DNA from: a virus
Lineage: Duplodnaviria; Caudoviricetes
Length of the DNA stretch: 34,137 bases
Virus record (IMG/VR): IMGVR_UViG_3300043579_000150
Coordinates: 1-34,137 of that record
Strand: one strand, 5' to 3'
Of this stretch, positions 1 to 8,516 are shown in pieces (positions within the stretch are counted from its first letter, which is position 1; each line of letters opens with the position of its first letter). The notes under the pieces are model-generated. The model did no database searches and had not been told where the DNA came from. It worked only from the letters and a program-made list of their open reading frames with translations. Position numbers and translations under genes: made by a program.

Positions 1-26
1 CCTAACATAAAAGTTACTGATAGGAG

Positions 27-33
27 TATTTAG
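27..33 (-). promoter_or_regulatory. T4-like late promoter candidate (CTAAATA)
   Basis: Minus-strand CTAAATA just after the gp5C stop and upstream of an ATG at 8-6 that runs off the window; T4 late consensus is TATAAATA. Confidence 0.45.
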
Positions 34-46
34 CATTTGCGAGTGC

Positions 47-580
47 CTATGGATTTATAGAAACGATTCCGCCAATTATTGTGTGAGTTCCACCTGTTTC
101 AGTTGTCATATTACCAGCAACTTTCATATTCATATTACCTTTGATGTTCTGGTTCATGTTACCTTTCACCCCAAGATAAGCATCTCCAGCAACAGCAGCT
201 TTCATGTTTCCGCCAACAACCATATTGGAATGACCCCCAACAACCACGTCAGCATCACCTTTTACAGTTACGATTGTTCCTCCGCTATTGTTTTCACGTT
301 TATGTCCATGAGTTTTTACATCTTGGTTTTCATCAATAGTAATAGTCACGCCGCCTTTGTTATACTCTTGTTTATTGCCAACAGTAAGCTCAACCTTGCG
401 ACCATCGGGAGAGATTTCTATATATGTCCCTTTCTTGTGGGCGAACCGAATCCGTTCCTTTCCAGGCGTGTTATCAATATGAATCTCATGCCCAGCCTCA
501 GAAATGAAAGCTTGATTATAAGGATACTTTGATTCATATGAAGTCTTTGCAATGCGCGTTTTTTTATCTTTACCAGCCAT
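47..580 (-). CDS. gp5: Baseplate spike, gp5 C-terminal beta-helix part
   Basis: YPYNQAFISEAGHEIHIDNTPGKERIRFAHKKGTYIEISPDG matches the T4 gp5 post-lysozyme segment, followed by 8-residue VxG(N/D) beta-helix repeats. Confidence 0.88.
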   Translation of the reverse strand: MAGKDKKTRIAKTSYESKYPYNQAFISEAGHEIHIDNTPGKERIRFAHKKGTYIEISPDGRKVELTVGNKQEYNKGGVTITIDENQDVKTHGHKRENNSGGTIVTVKGDADVVVGGHSNMVVGGNMKAAVAGDAYLGVKGNMNQNIKGNMNMKVAGNMTTETGGTHTIIGGIVSINP

Positions 581-583
581 GAT

Positions 584-973
584 TTATGTAATTTCCTTTT
601 CTAATTGTTCTAATTCATCTTCTAGCTTACTTATTGCTGCTCTTATTTCGTTTTCCGACTTAATAAGCTCTTCAGTTTGTGGCTCAATATCTAACAAATC
701 CTGAAGCATCTGGCGAAGTCGCTCTAGTTCAGCTAGTATCTCATCTCTTCTCTTTTTCTTGTCTTCATTCTTTTGGTTGTTTGGATTAGAGAATGCTTGA
801 GCTACTTCAGCCATCATACTTCCAAGATTACCAGCCCCAACAGCTTGTTCCATTGTTGGGTTGCCCTGAGACTCCCGTAAACTCTTTACTAGGTCCAAAG
901 CCTTTTTGATTGAGCCTGAAACATTATCTGGCGTTTTACTCTTTGTGAAGTCTGTCGCTGATTTTCTACTCAT
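584..973 (-). CDS. Hypothetical coiled-coil protein between the two gp5 halves
   Basis: 129-aa ORF with weak AAGG SD; C-terminal heptad-rich helix; same frame as both gp5 halves. Confidence 0.7.
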   Translation of the reverse strand: MSRKSATDFTKSKTPDNVSGSIKKALDLVKSLRESQGNPTMEQAVGAGNLGSMMAEVAQAFSNPNNQKNEDKKKRRDEILAELERLRQMLQDLLDIEPQTEELIKSENEIRAAISKLEDELEQLEKEIT

Positions 974-982
974 TATAAACCT

Positions 983-1543
983 TTAGGCATAAGCATATTC
1001 CCCAATTGAATGGTTTTGTTTCTCATCTTCATCTACTTCTTTACCCTTTTTCTTTCCATAGGGATTGTCACTTTCTTTCTTTGCATAGTCTGTTATACCT
1101 TTTTGGTCATAGTCTTTTTTATCTGAGGCATAACGAAAATCGCCTCCACCTTTATCTTTGTCGCGAGAATGACGGTTCAAGTCATGATTGCGCCCTTGGT
1201 TGTTTAGTTCTCCTTCTCCACTTTCATCTTTACCTGTTTTACCGATTGAGCCTAAAAGCATAGGTTTCTGTTGATCGCCATCCATATAGAAACCAATCAT
1301 ATAGGAATTTTCTGTAGCGCCTGTCAATGGGCCGCCGATGCCTCCATCTTGCGGATTTGAAACGCTGGCAATAGGTCTAGCCCAATGCAATTGATTGTCT
1401 GGAATACCGCCCTTGTCGTCCTGATAGCCTACAGCGCGAACACGCAAGCGGCCACCTTGCTCGGGGTCTTTGCGATCTACGACTTCCAGAATAACATGTC
1501 TGCCTGCCCCACCATAACTTGACTTTGAAGGATGAGATGTCAT
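983..1543 (-). CDS. gp5: Baseplate spike, gp5 N-terminal OB-fold part
   Basis: VVDRKDPEQGGRLRVRAVG...LHWARPI...GIGGPLTG...GFYMDGDQQKPMLLGSI matches the gp5 OB-fold signature. Confidence 0.88.
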   Translation of the reverse strand: MTSHPSKSSYGGAGRHVILEVVDRKDPEQGGRLRVRAVGYQDDKGGIPDNQLHWARPIASVSNPQDGGIGGPLTGATENSYMIGFYMDGDQQKPMLLGSIGKTGKDESGEGELNNQGRNHDLNRHSRDKDKGGGDFRYASDKKDYDQKGITDYAKKESDNPYGKKKGKEVDEDEKQNHSIGEYAYA

Positions 1544-2478
1544 TATTGTAATTTACCTCCGCGTCTTTTGAATGGAAGGACGAACTGCCGAAATTGGCCT
1601 CTTCCTTCTCGCCCTTGTGGAATTTCTGGTTGTGGATGCGGTTTATTTAGCGGTCCACCAGATAGTCTTTGCTTCATTATTTTTCTGACATGAGGATCAG
1701 GATCGTTGGCTAGATGTTGAATAGTATGAGGTTCCGCATAAGACGCAACATGGGCTCTTACTGTTGGATCAGGATCATCAGCAAAATGGTGCAGTTTGAT
1801 GCCAGCGTTCAAAAGATGGGCATGAACTTCTTTTGTAAAATGTGTATCGTCATTATCAGTGCCAGGGATTTGATAATTATCTGTTCTACTTACATGATCG
1901 CTTCCTTTAGCATGTAGATATTGAATATGTCCTAATCTATCCATCGCAGCAGTTGAAGTGCGTCCATGTAAATTTCTGCCTCCTGGAAGATTCTTAATAT
2001 GATATATAAGCTCATCATGGGACATTTTTGTTAGAGGATGTTTAGGTCGCTCCCATTGTTCATCAAATCCAGTATGAGGGATTCTCTCCATTTTCTCCCC
2101 CCACTCAACAGGAATTTGGTGATATGATAAAGCTCCTTGTGTTTGAGTTTCTGGAACACGATTACCATGGTTATGTTGTATCCAATGCTGTGTTCTTTCA
2201 TTTCCATGATGAATCATAAAAATATTTCCATTTCTTAGATAACCATGTGCATTCGTGTCCCCTGATCTATGAGGAGTATTCGTGCAGAAGTTTGTTCCTT
2301 GGCCAAAATCATAACAGGCTTGGGGAGTTTTTAGATGATAGATTTTTACATTATCCTCGCTGTGAATCAAGTCGGCGCCTGGATGATGTAATGCAACGCT
2401 TCCATCTGGATTAGCCAAATAATGATCTAGCTGCCGTTTTGACATTGATTCATAAAGAAACTCATAAAAGGTTAGCAT
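1543..2478 (-). CDS. Hypothetical protein with capsid-targeting-like N-terminus and C-terminal LRV/HEAT-like repeats
   Basis: Starts MLTFYEFLYE; two DPDPxVR repeats; His-rich; TAATG-coupled to gp5N. Confidence 0.7.
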   Translation of the reverse strand: MLTFYEFLYESMSKRQLDHYLANPDGSVALHHPGADLIHSEDNVKIYHLKTPQACYDFGQGTNFCTNTPHRSGDTNAHGYLRNGNIFMIHHGNERTQHWIQHNHGNRVPETQTQGALSYHQIPVEWGEKMERIPHTGFDEQWERPKHPLTKMSHDELIYHIKNLPGGRNLHGRTSTAAMDRLGHIQYLHAKGSDHVSRTDNYQIPGTDNDDTHFTKEVHAHLLNAGIKLHHFADDPDPTVRAHVASYAEPHTIQHLANDPDPHVRKIMKQRLSGGPLNKPHPQPEIPQGREGRGQFRQFVLPFKRRGGKLQ

Positions 2479-2482
2479 CTTC

Positions 2483-3712
2483 TTATCCCTTTTTATTACA
2501 ATTGAAAGTTGATGTTGCTTGCACAGTCTTGTTTACTAATTGAAGTTCATGACACACTTCAGTTACAAGATATTCTCCTGACATATCTGAGCGACCATAT
2601 CCATCAATATCACCCATTGGAGGCAAGAGATTCAGGTATATTCCTTTTCCTACTGTGACATACATTCCTGATTGAATAGGAACTTTCACCCGCATTCCTG
2701 GACCATTCTGAAACAACGCGGCAGAAAAGTGTTCTTGTGGGCTTTTCTGGTTTGGATCAACAGAAGTCGGCTGATGTGCTCCATCCATTACACCATAATT
2801 AGCAACGCCACCTAGTTTACCTCCAATACCTGGGATGCTGCCAAGGATAGAGCCCATACTTTTAGCTTGAATTTTGTCAATAGCTCTGTTTTTGGTGCGC
2901 ATATCAAAAAGAGACTGACCAGCACCTTGAGCCCTAGCAACGGAGTCTGTGCTGGCGCGGCCTTTGTCATCAACGTTCGCTTCAGCAACGATAATCACAT
3001 TTCTTTCTCTCAGGATATCCAAAGGCCACTGTGAACCAAGGGTATGAATTTGGTTGAAGGTTTCTTGGATGCCCATCGTCGCAAACAGAACTTCCAAAGG
3101 AGAAAGGACATGGTGTTTTGCATCTTTGAAGAATAAACAGTTGCCCGAGCCTCCAAAGTTACAATGCTTCTTTATATCATCAATCGCTTTGAATGGTTTG
3201 ATAGCAGATTTGATATAGCCTTCCTTTGAGATAGGACCATTGGAAGGTTGTTTGATTTCCAAAGAGCCGCCAATATACTGATTGAAAATAGCTGAAATAG
3301 CTGATGTGGCTGGAATGTTCTTATAGGAGTTTTGCACGAGGTTCTTTGCATCACTGAAGTATTCTGCACCGATCAACTCTATATTATAAGTGACACAACG
3401 GGGATTACGACTGGTTTGTTGGCCATGAACAGAGAACACATAAAGTGTTGTCTCATATATCTTAGGCTCATCACAATCCCAGGCCACAGAACAAGCCTCA
3501 CCACCACGTAGATTCATGTTTTCAATGATGTTATTGTGATCCTCAACGACAAGCTTTGCTGTATGATAAGGTTTATAGATGCTTTCATAGATTGAAATAG
3601 AGCGAAGGTGGCCAAGAATATTCGCATCGGGAAGAGGATTACCAAAAGCATCCAAACTACCCGTTGACAAAGAAAAAGAACGAATATTAACCTGGATTGG
3701 AAAATCAGTCAT
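2483..3712 (-). CDS. Baseplate hub protein (gp27-like)
   Basis: Lies between gp53 and gp5; ISIYESIYKPY N-terminal motif and SGEYLVTEVCHEL C-terminal motif typical of hub proteins. Confidence 0.7.
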   Translation of the reverse strand: MTDFPIQVNIRSFSLSTGSLDAFGNPLPDANILGHLRSISIYESIYKPYHTAKLVVEDHNNIIENMNLRGGEACSVAWDCDEPKIYETTLYVFSVHGQQTSRNPRCVTYNIELIGAEYFSDAKNLVQNSYKNIPATSAISAIFNQYIGGSLEIKQPSNGPISKEGYIKSAIKPFKAIDDIKKHCNFGGSGNCLFFKDAKHHVLSPLEVLFATMGIQETFNQIHTLGSQWPLDILRERNVIIVAEANVDDKGRASTDSVARAQGAGQSLFDMRTKNRAIDKIQAKSMGSILGSIPGIGGKLGGVANYGVMDGAHQPTSVDPNQKSPQEHFSAALFQNGPGMRVKVPIQSGMYVTVGKGIYLNLLPPMGDIDGYGRSDMSGEYLVTEVCHELQLVNKTVQATSTFNCNKKG

Positions 3713-4590
3713 TATTCTTGTAGTTTCTTTCTACGCTCTTCAACTAGAGGTAAAGTATATTGTGCATCAATCAAATAAATATTCTTGTTTCTTTCATTGC
3801 GTTCTCTTTCCCAATCAAAGTAATAAGTCGGAGTCCAATAAACAAACTCTTCATCGGGAATAACTTTGTCTAGTATATCTTGATTGATTACATTAGCAAA
3901 GGCATTAGAAGAAAGTCCAGTCAGAATTTGATTTGCTGATGTGTTACCTGTGATATGCTGGATTTTCACAACGGAAGAGTTAGCTATGATCACTTCCCCA
4001 TTGCCAACTGTCGCTGTGCTCATACTGTTTTTGACTAGAACACGCTCGCCATTAGAAAACCCTGTATTTGCATTCAGAGTGATTTCCAAACGAACAAGTT
4101 GATTGGTATTGATAACCCAATCTTCTTGCCTACGCCTATAATGAAGTATCTTTGTGCCTTTTCCGAAATAGGCTGAATAGTATTTCTTCAGGGCTTCCGG
4201 GAGTATATCTTGATAATGAGAAACTGAGATTTCTTTGGTATCATCTGGCCAGTTTATAGCATAGTGTCGGACTTTCTGTTGTGCTTCTTCAATAGATCCA
4301 TATTTCTTCTTGATAAACTCAATGAAATCTTCATCAGAGAGATACCAGTCATAGTAAGGATCAAGGATACCATTAGCTAGAAAGATTAACCATTCCAGAT
4401 AAGAATCATTATAGTAGCCATAAGAGACTACATCAGGACGCATGTTATGTTGAATCTCATAAGGATAGAAAAGAACAGGACGCCCGGCTAGATTAGGATT
4501 GAGCGCAATATTCTTAGCAATGTTCACACACTTTAGTTGATCATCACCATATTCAATTACAGGAAAGCGAGAAAAATAAAATTCAGGCAT
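3712..4590 (-). CDS. gp53: Baseplate wedge subunit gp53
   Basis: YFSRFP N-terminus; RPDVVSYGYYNDSYLEWLIFLANGILDPYYDW...KKYGS; ERERNERNKNIYLI C-terminus. Confidence 0.88.
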   Translation of the reverse strand: MPEFYFSRFPVIEYGDDQLKCVNIAKNIALNPNLAGRPVLFYPYEIQHNMRPDVVSYGYYNDSYLEWLIFLANGILDPYYDWYLSDEDFIEFIKKKYGSIEEAQQKVRHYAINWPDDTKEISVSHYQDILPEALKKYYSAYFGKGTKILHYRRRQEDWVINTNQLVRLEITLNANTGFSNGERVLVKNSMSTATVGNGEVIIANSSVVKIQHITGNTSANQILTGLSSNAFANVINQDILDKVIPDEEFVYWTPTYYFDWERERNERNKNIYLIDAQYTLPLVEERRKKLQE

Positions 4591-5543
4591 TATGGTGATC
4601 TTGGATTTGGATCGTCATTAGGATTACCACCGACGCCGCCACCTGGAGGAAAGTTACTATCGCCAGAATCACTACGAGTATCATTCGTTCTTGGGCCGGT
4701 TACATCTCTTGGATCATTATTATCTTTGAAGTCCCCAGTCAACCAATACTCTAGTTCTAGAAACTGCATAGAAATTTCAAAACCTTCCGGGGCATTACCT
4801 CTTCCGCCTGGATTTAGTGGTGTTTGATTCGATTCTCTATAGAAAGCTGGCTGCCCGCCTGGAGTATAGTTTACAACAAGATTTTCTAGAACACAAGGTT
4901 TGAACTTATACATATACTGTGAGTTTGGGTGAATTTCAGGATAGAAGATTTTGGGCATTTTGAACCAAGAAACCAGTCCAAGAGCTTTACTTACAATAGA
5001 CGGCGACATTGCATTATTCAATTTTCTGATTATATCTTTCATTGTTTTAGATTCGGCTGGAGTCTTAGGAGAAATACGCCAAGCAAACTGTATTCTTTTG
5101 TATTTCGGGCCTTTGAGAAAGATAGTCAAAATATTATTTGGAGTGTAACCAAGATTTTTTATGACATTAACATCTGTTAGAGAAGCTAATCCGCTTAGAA
5201 CCTGATTCAAAGGTTGTTCTTCATAATCAACAATATGGTTATCAATCAAACCAATAGGCAAAGGAAGTCTAATAATACCTTCAGGATTTATTTGGACCCG
5301 ACTTGTTAGTGCTCCCCCTGTTGGATCAAAGAAATCTCGTTGATAGTTTGAAACAATCAATTGAAAATAATACTTTGGTAAATCATGAGGATAAGTAAAG
5401 GTAAACATGCTTTTTATGCCAGCAAATCTATCCTCAATAATGACTCTTGGATCACCAGCTTGATCAGCTACATTCATGTCCCACCAAGGTTGAAGTGGTG
5501 ATGCGGCAGCATTTGCATTAGATAAGCCGGGAGTGATTGCCAT
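4590..5543 (-). CDS. gp48: Baseplate tail-tube cap gp48
   Basis: IRLPLP, FLKGPKYKRIQFAWRISPKTPAES, KFKPCVLENLVVNYTPGG and MQFLELE motifs. Confidence 0.85.
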   Translation of the reverse strand: MAITPGLSNANAAASPLQPWWDMNVADQAGDPRVIIEDRFAGIKSMFTFTYPHDLPKYYFQLIVSNYQRDFFDPTGGALTSRVQINPEGIIRLPLPIGLIDNHIVDYEEQPLNQVLSGLASLTDVNVIKNLGYTPNNILTIFLKGPKYKRIQFAWRISPKTPAESKTMKDIIRKLNNAMSPSIVSKALGLVSWFKMPKIFYPEIHPNSQYMYKFKPCVLENLVVNYTPGGQPAFYRESNQTPLNPGGRGNAPEGFEISMQFLELEYWLTGDFKDNNDPRDVTGPRTNDTRSDSGDSNFPPGGGVGGNPNDDPNPRSP

Positions 5544-5550
5544 TAGGTTC

Positions 5551-5584
5551 CTAAATAAAACTATCAGTGTTTCTTGGTATTTAG
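5551..5584. promoter_or_regulatory. Paired late promoters for the divergent operons (CTAAATA on both strands)
   Basis: CTAAATA at 5551-5557 (+, toward gp4) and at 5584-5578 (-, toward gp48) in the 64-bp gap between divergent structural operons. Confidence 0.7.
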
Positions 5585-5607
5585 TATAGGAAAATCAAAA
5601 CGTAACA

Positions 5608-6126
5608 ATGGCTAAACGGGGAGAACAACAAGTCTTTTATGAGCGAAACAACAGTCATTTCTATAAAGGACTGTTCAAGCCTCGGAATCCTAAGAAATAC
5701 CGTGGAAACGCTAAGAACATCGTTTTTAGAAGCCATTGGGAGCTGGAATACATGCGGATGCTGGATGAGAAGGATAATTGTATCTCTTGGGCCTCGGAAG
5801 AGTTCTCAATAAAATACTACCATCCGATCAAACTAGGCTATAAGCGTTACTTTCCTGATTTTTTTGTTGAAATGCGCCAGAAAGATGGTAAGATATTCAA
5901 AGCTATTGTAGAAATCAAGCCAGCCAATCAGATTGCACCTCCAAAACGAAGACGCAATGGTAAGATGCAGAAGTTTCTCTATGAAAGTATGACGTGGGCT
6001 GTAAATAGGGCGAAATGGGAAGCCGCTATGAAATTCTGCAAAGAGCACAACTTGAAGTTTTATGTGGTAACTAAGGACAGCAAAGAACAATTTGTCCTAT
6101 TGAATGAGGAACAACTACAATTATGA
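5608..6126 (+). CDS. gp4: Head completion nuclease gp4 (TnsA-like)
   Basis: YKGLFKPRNPKKYRGN, FRSHWE, WASEE, RYFPDF, VEIKP and NRAKWEAA motifs. Confidence 0.92.
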   Translation: MAKRGEQQVFYERNNSHFYKGLFKPRNPKKYRGNAKNIVFRSHWELEYMRMLDEKDNCISWASEEFSIKYYHPIKLGYKRYFPDFFVEMRQKDGKIFKAIVEIKPANQIAPPKRRRNGKMQKFLYESMTWAVNRAKWEAAMKFCKEHNLKFYVVTKDSKEQFVLLNEEQLQL

Positions 6127-6326
6127 CCGCAAAGATTAAAGATAAGCATCCAATAACAGGAATAGAAACTGAGATAGATGAAGGTGAGCTTTTTAAAGAT
6201 TTGAAATCACTTCGTATGTCTGATCCTATTGAAGTTTTAATTGGCATCCTTTTGAATCAAGATATGTCTCCTGAAGATATGGATGAAATTATAGAACGAT
6301 TCAAAGTCTGGCCTAACAAAAAGTAA
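6123..6326 (+). CDS. Hypothetical protein
   Basis: 67-aa ORF with ATGA and TAATG overlaps coupling it to gp4 and gp2. Confidence 0.65.
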   Translation: MTAKIKDKHPITGIETEIDEGELFKDLKSLRMSDPIEVLIGILLNQDMSPEDMDEIIERFKVWPNKK

Positions 6327-6967
6327 TGCCTAATCCTTTTCTAGAACAACTTAAAAGACTAGCTGCCTCTATCGGCATAACGAACCAAAACTCTTGGGCC
6401 GCGCGCAAGTGGTTTGAGGGAATGGCTAGACGTGTTGTTTCTATGGATGGCAACCAGTATATGAATGCTCAACCTGATAAGCTTTTGAAAACACGAAACA
6501 TCAATGCTTCAATGATCGGAAAGATGATTATGTATTATTATGATCCAAAAACGAAAGACAAGCTCCCCTATTATGATCGTTTTCCTTTGGGTTTCATTGT
6601 GGACTTAGCGCCAAAAGGACACTATATGATCAATCTTCATTATCTGTCCCCATTTCAAAGAGCGAAATTGTTTGATGCTCTCTATCAAGCCACGTTACAA
6701 AACCCTGGAACTGAAAAACAACGATTGAAGATTTCTTATGCGATTTTGAAAAGCACATCCAGGCTTCAAGCCTATAAGCCATGTTTCAAGCGATATCTGT
6801 CCCTGCATGTGCGTTCTCGTTATCTTGTTGTTGATCCGGCCGATTGGGGCACAGTCATGATGTTGCCTCTAGCACGCTTTGAGAGAGGTGGCAAAGGCGG
6901 CGGCACAGTTGGTTCGCCAATTTCACAGACTAAAGTTTGGGCCGATAGCAGAAAGAAAATAAAGTAA
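6326..6967 (+). CDS. gp2: DNA end protector protein gp2
   Basis: GKMIMYYYDPKTKDKLPYYDRFPL, INLHYL and KPCFKRYL motifs. Confidence 0.92.
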   Translation: MPNPFLEQLKRLAASIGITNQNSWAARKWFEGMARRVVSMDGNQYMNAQPDKLLKTRNINASMIGKMIMYYYDPKTKDKLPYYDRFPLGFIVDLAPKGHYMINLHYLSPFQRAKLFDALYQATLQNPGTEKQRLKISYAILKSTSRLQAYKPCFKRYLSLHVRSRYLVVDPADWGTVMMLPLARFERGGKGGGTVGSPISQTKVWADSRKKIK

Positions 6968-6968
6968 G

Positions 6969-7637
6969 ATGCCAGAGATTCAAGGGTTTAATATTCAGAA
7001 ATTTAAATCTGTTATTGAACAAAAAGGACTCCATAAAAATAACAAGTTTCTTGTTTATTTTCCAGTCCCACAATTTATGATGCTAGGGAGCCAAGGACGG
7101 AGCCAAGGATTTACGGATACTAATAGAACTATGCATTTTTGGTGCGACTCTGCAACATTACCTGGAGTGCAATTATCTTTGCGACAAGTTATAAGATATG
7201 GCTATGGTCCTGTTGAAAAGAAACCATTTGCTCCAGTTTTCAATGATGTCACGTTCACAGTGATGCAAGATGGTTCTAATAAGAATTGGTCTTATCTTCA
7301 TGCCTGGATGAGCACTGTGGTTTTATGGGATGCGCGGCAAGGAATTAATGGTTCAAGGGAGCAACAAATTAAACCTTTTGAAGTATTTTATAAAGAAGAT
7401 TATAAGGTAGATATGACCGTGATTGCTTTTAATGATATGGGTAATCCAACAACGAAGATTATTTTCCGAGAAGCTTATCCATTCACAATGGGCGATCTGC
7501 CTTTGAATTGGGCTGATAACAACACGATTATGAGAATACCTGTTTCATTTACTTTTCATGATTGGTTTTGGGCCTCGGTTCCTGAAAATGAAATGTTGCC
7601 TATTCCAACTCAACAACCCGAAATACCCCTGAAATAA
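6969..7637 (+). CDS. Tail-tube initiator / tube-fold baseplate protein (gp54-like)
   Basis: CDSATLPG, FNDVTFTV, AYPFTMGDLPLNW and VSFTF motifs of tube-fold proteins; synteny with gp2 and gp26. Confidence 0.7.
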   Translation: MPEIQGFNIQKFKSVIEQKGLHKNNKFLVYFPVPQFMMLGSQGRSQGFTDTNRTMHFWCDSATLPGVQLSLRQVIRYGYGPVEKKPFAPVFNDVTFTVMQDGSNKNWSYLHAWMSTVVLWDARQGINGSREQQIKPFEVFYKEDYKVDMTVIAFNDMGNPTTKIIFREAYPFTMGDLPLNWADNNTIMRIPVSFTFHDWFWASVPENEMLPIPTQQPEIPLK

Positions 7638-7653
7638 AATCTAAGGAGATATT

Positions 7654-8358
7654 ATGTTACCTAAAATTGTAACCCCAACTGCAAAACTAAAAATTCCAAG
7701 CACAGGGAAACCTGTTTCTGTGCGACCATTCCTTGTCAAAGAGGAAAAGATTCTGTTGATGGCCAAACAAGCTGGCGGCTATACAGATATTCTAGGAGCA
7801 ATCAAGCAAGTGGTTGGTAACTGTTTGCTGGAAAAAATGGATGTCAACAAGCTTGCTCTATTTGATATTGAGTATTTGTTTCTCAAGCTCCGCGCTCTCT
7901 CCGTTAATAACATCGTCAAAGTCACCTATAAGGACAATGAGGATGAGAAGGAGTATCCCTTTGATATTGACCTGGACAAGATAGAAGTCAAGTTTCCTGA
8001 TAAAGTAGAGAAAGTCATTGTTTTGAATGATGAATATTCTCTGCTCATGAAGTATCCAGAGTCAGCTATCTACTCCGAAAAGGAGTTTCAATCAGACGAT
8101 CCTAGCTTGAATATTGAGTTCTTTGTGACTAACACCATTGATAAGATTTGTCAAGGCGATAAGATGATTGATCTGAGAAATGCCACCAAACCAGAAATAA
8201 CTGAGTTCGTTGAAAGCATTCCAGCCAAAGCTTATGACCAAATTAAAGAGTTCTGGAACAATATACCTAAATTACATTATGAAATCAAGTATACAAACGC
8301 TAAAGGAACAGAAAGAAGTATCGTTCTGGAGAAATTAGCCGATTTTTTTACTTTTTGA
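7654..8358 (+). CDS. gp26: Baseplate hub assembly protein gp26
   Basis: MLPKI, RPFLVKEEKILLMA, FDIEYLFLKLRALSV, IPKL and LADFF motifs; AAGGAG SD. Confidence 0.9.
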   Translation: MLPKIVTPTAKLKIPSTGKPVSVRPFLVKEEKILLMAKQAGGYTDILGAIKQVVGNCLLEKMDVNKLALFDIEYLFLKLRALSVNNIVKVTYKDNEDEKEYPFDIDLDKIEVKFPDKVEKVIVLNDEYSLLMKYPESAIYSEKEFQSDDPSLNIEFFVTNTIDKICQGDKMIDLRNATKPEITEFVESIPAKAYDQIKEFWNNIPKLHYEIKYTNAKGTERSIVLEKLADFFTF

Positions 8359-8510
8359 TGACGCATAATAGTCTCGAAAACTATTATCGCACTAATTTTA
8401 TGATGACATATCATCATCATTATGCTTTGAGTGATCTAGAGAATATGTTGCCTTTTGAATTGAATATATATTCGGATATGGTAAAAGAAGCACTACAAAG
8501 TAAGAAGTAA
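8358..8510 (+). CDS. gp51: Small gp51-like baseplate hub assembly catalyst (not in ORF track)
   Basis: Hand translation MTHNSLENYYRTNFMMTYHHHYALSDLENMLPFELNIYSDMVKEALQSKK (50 aa) resembles the short gp51 annotated in T4-like cyanophages; TGATG overlap with gp26. Confidence 0.8.
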   Translation: MTHNSLENYYRTNFMMTYHHHYALSDLENMLPFELNIYSDMVKEALQSKK

Positions 8511-8516
8511 GTTTAA

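Noticed and set aside
83-532. 149-aa plus-strand ORF
   Set aside because: Antisense to the repetitive gp5 beta-helix.
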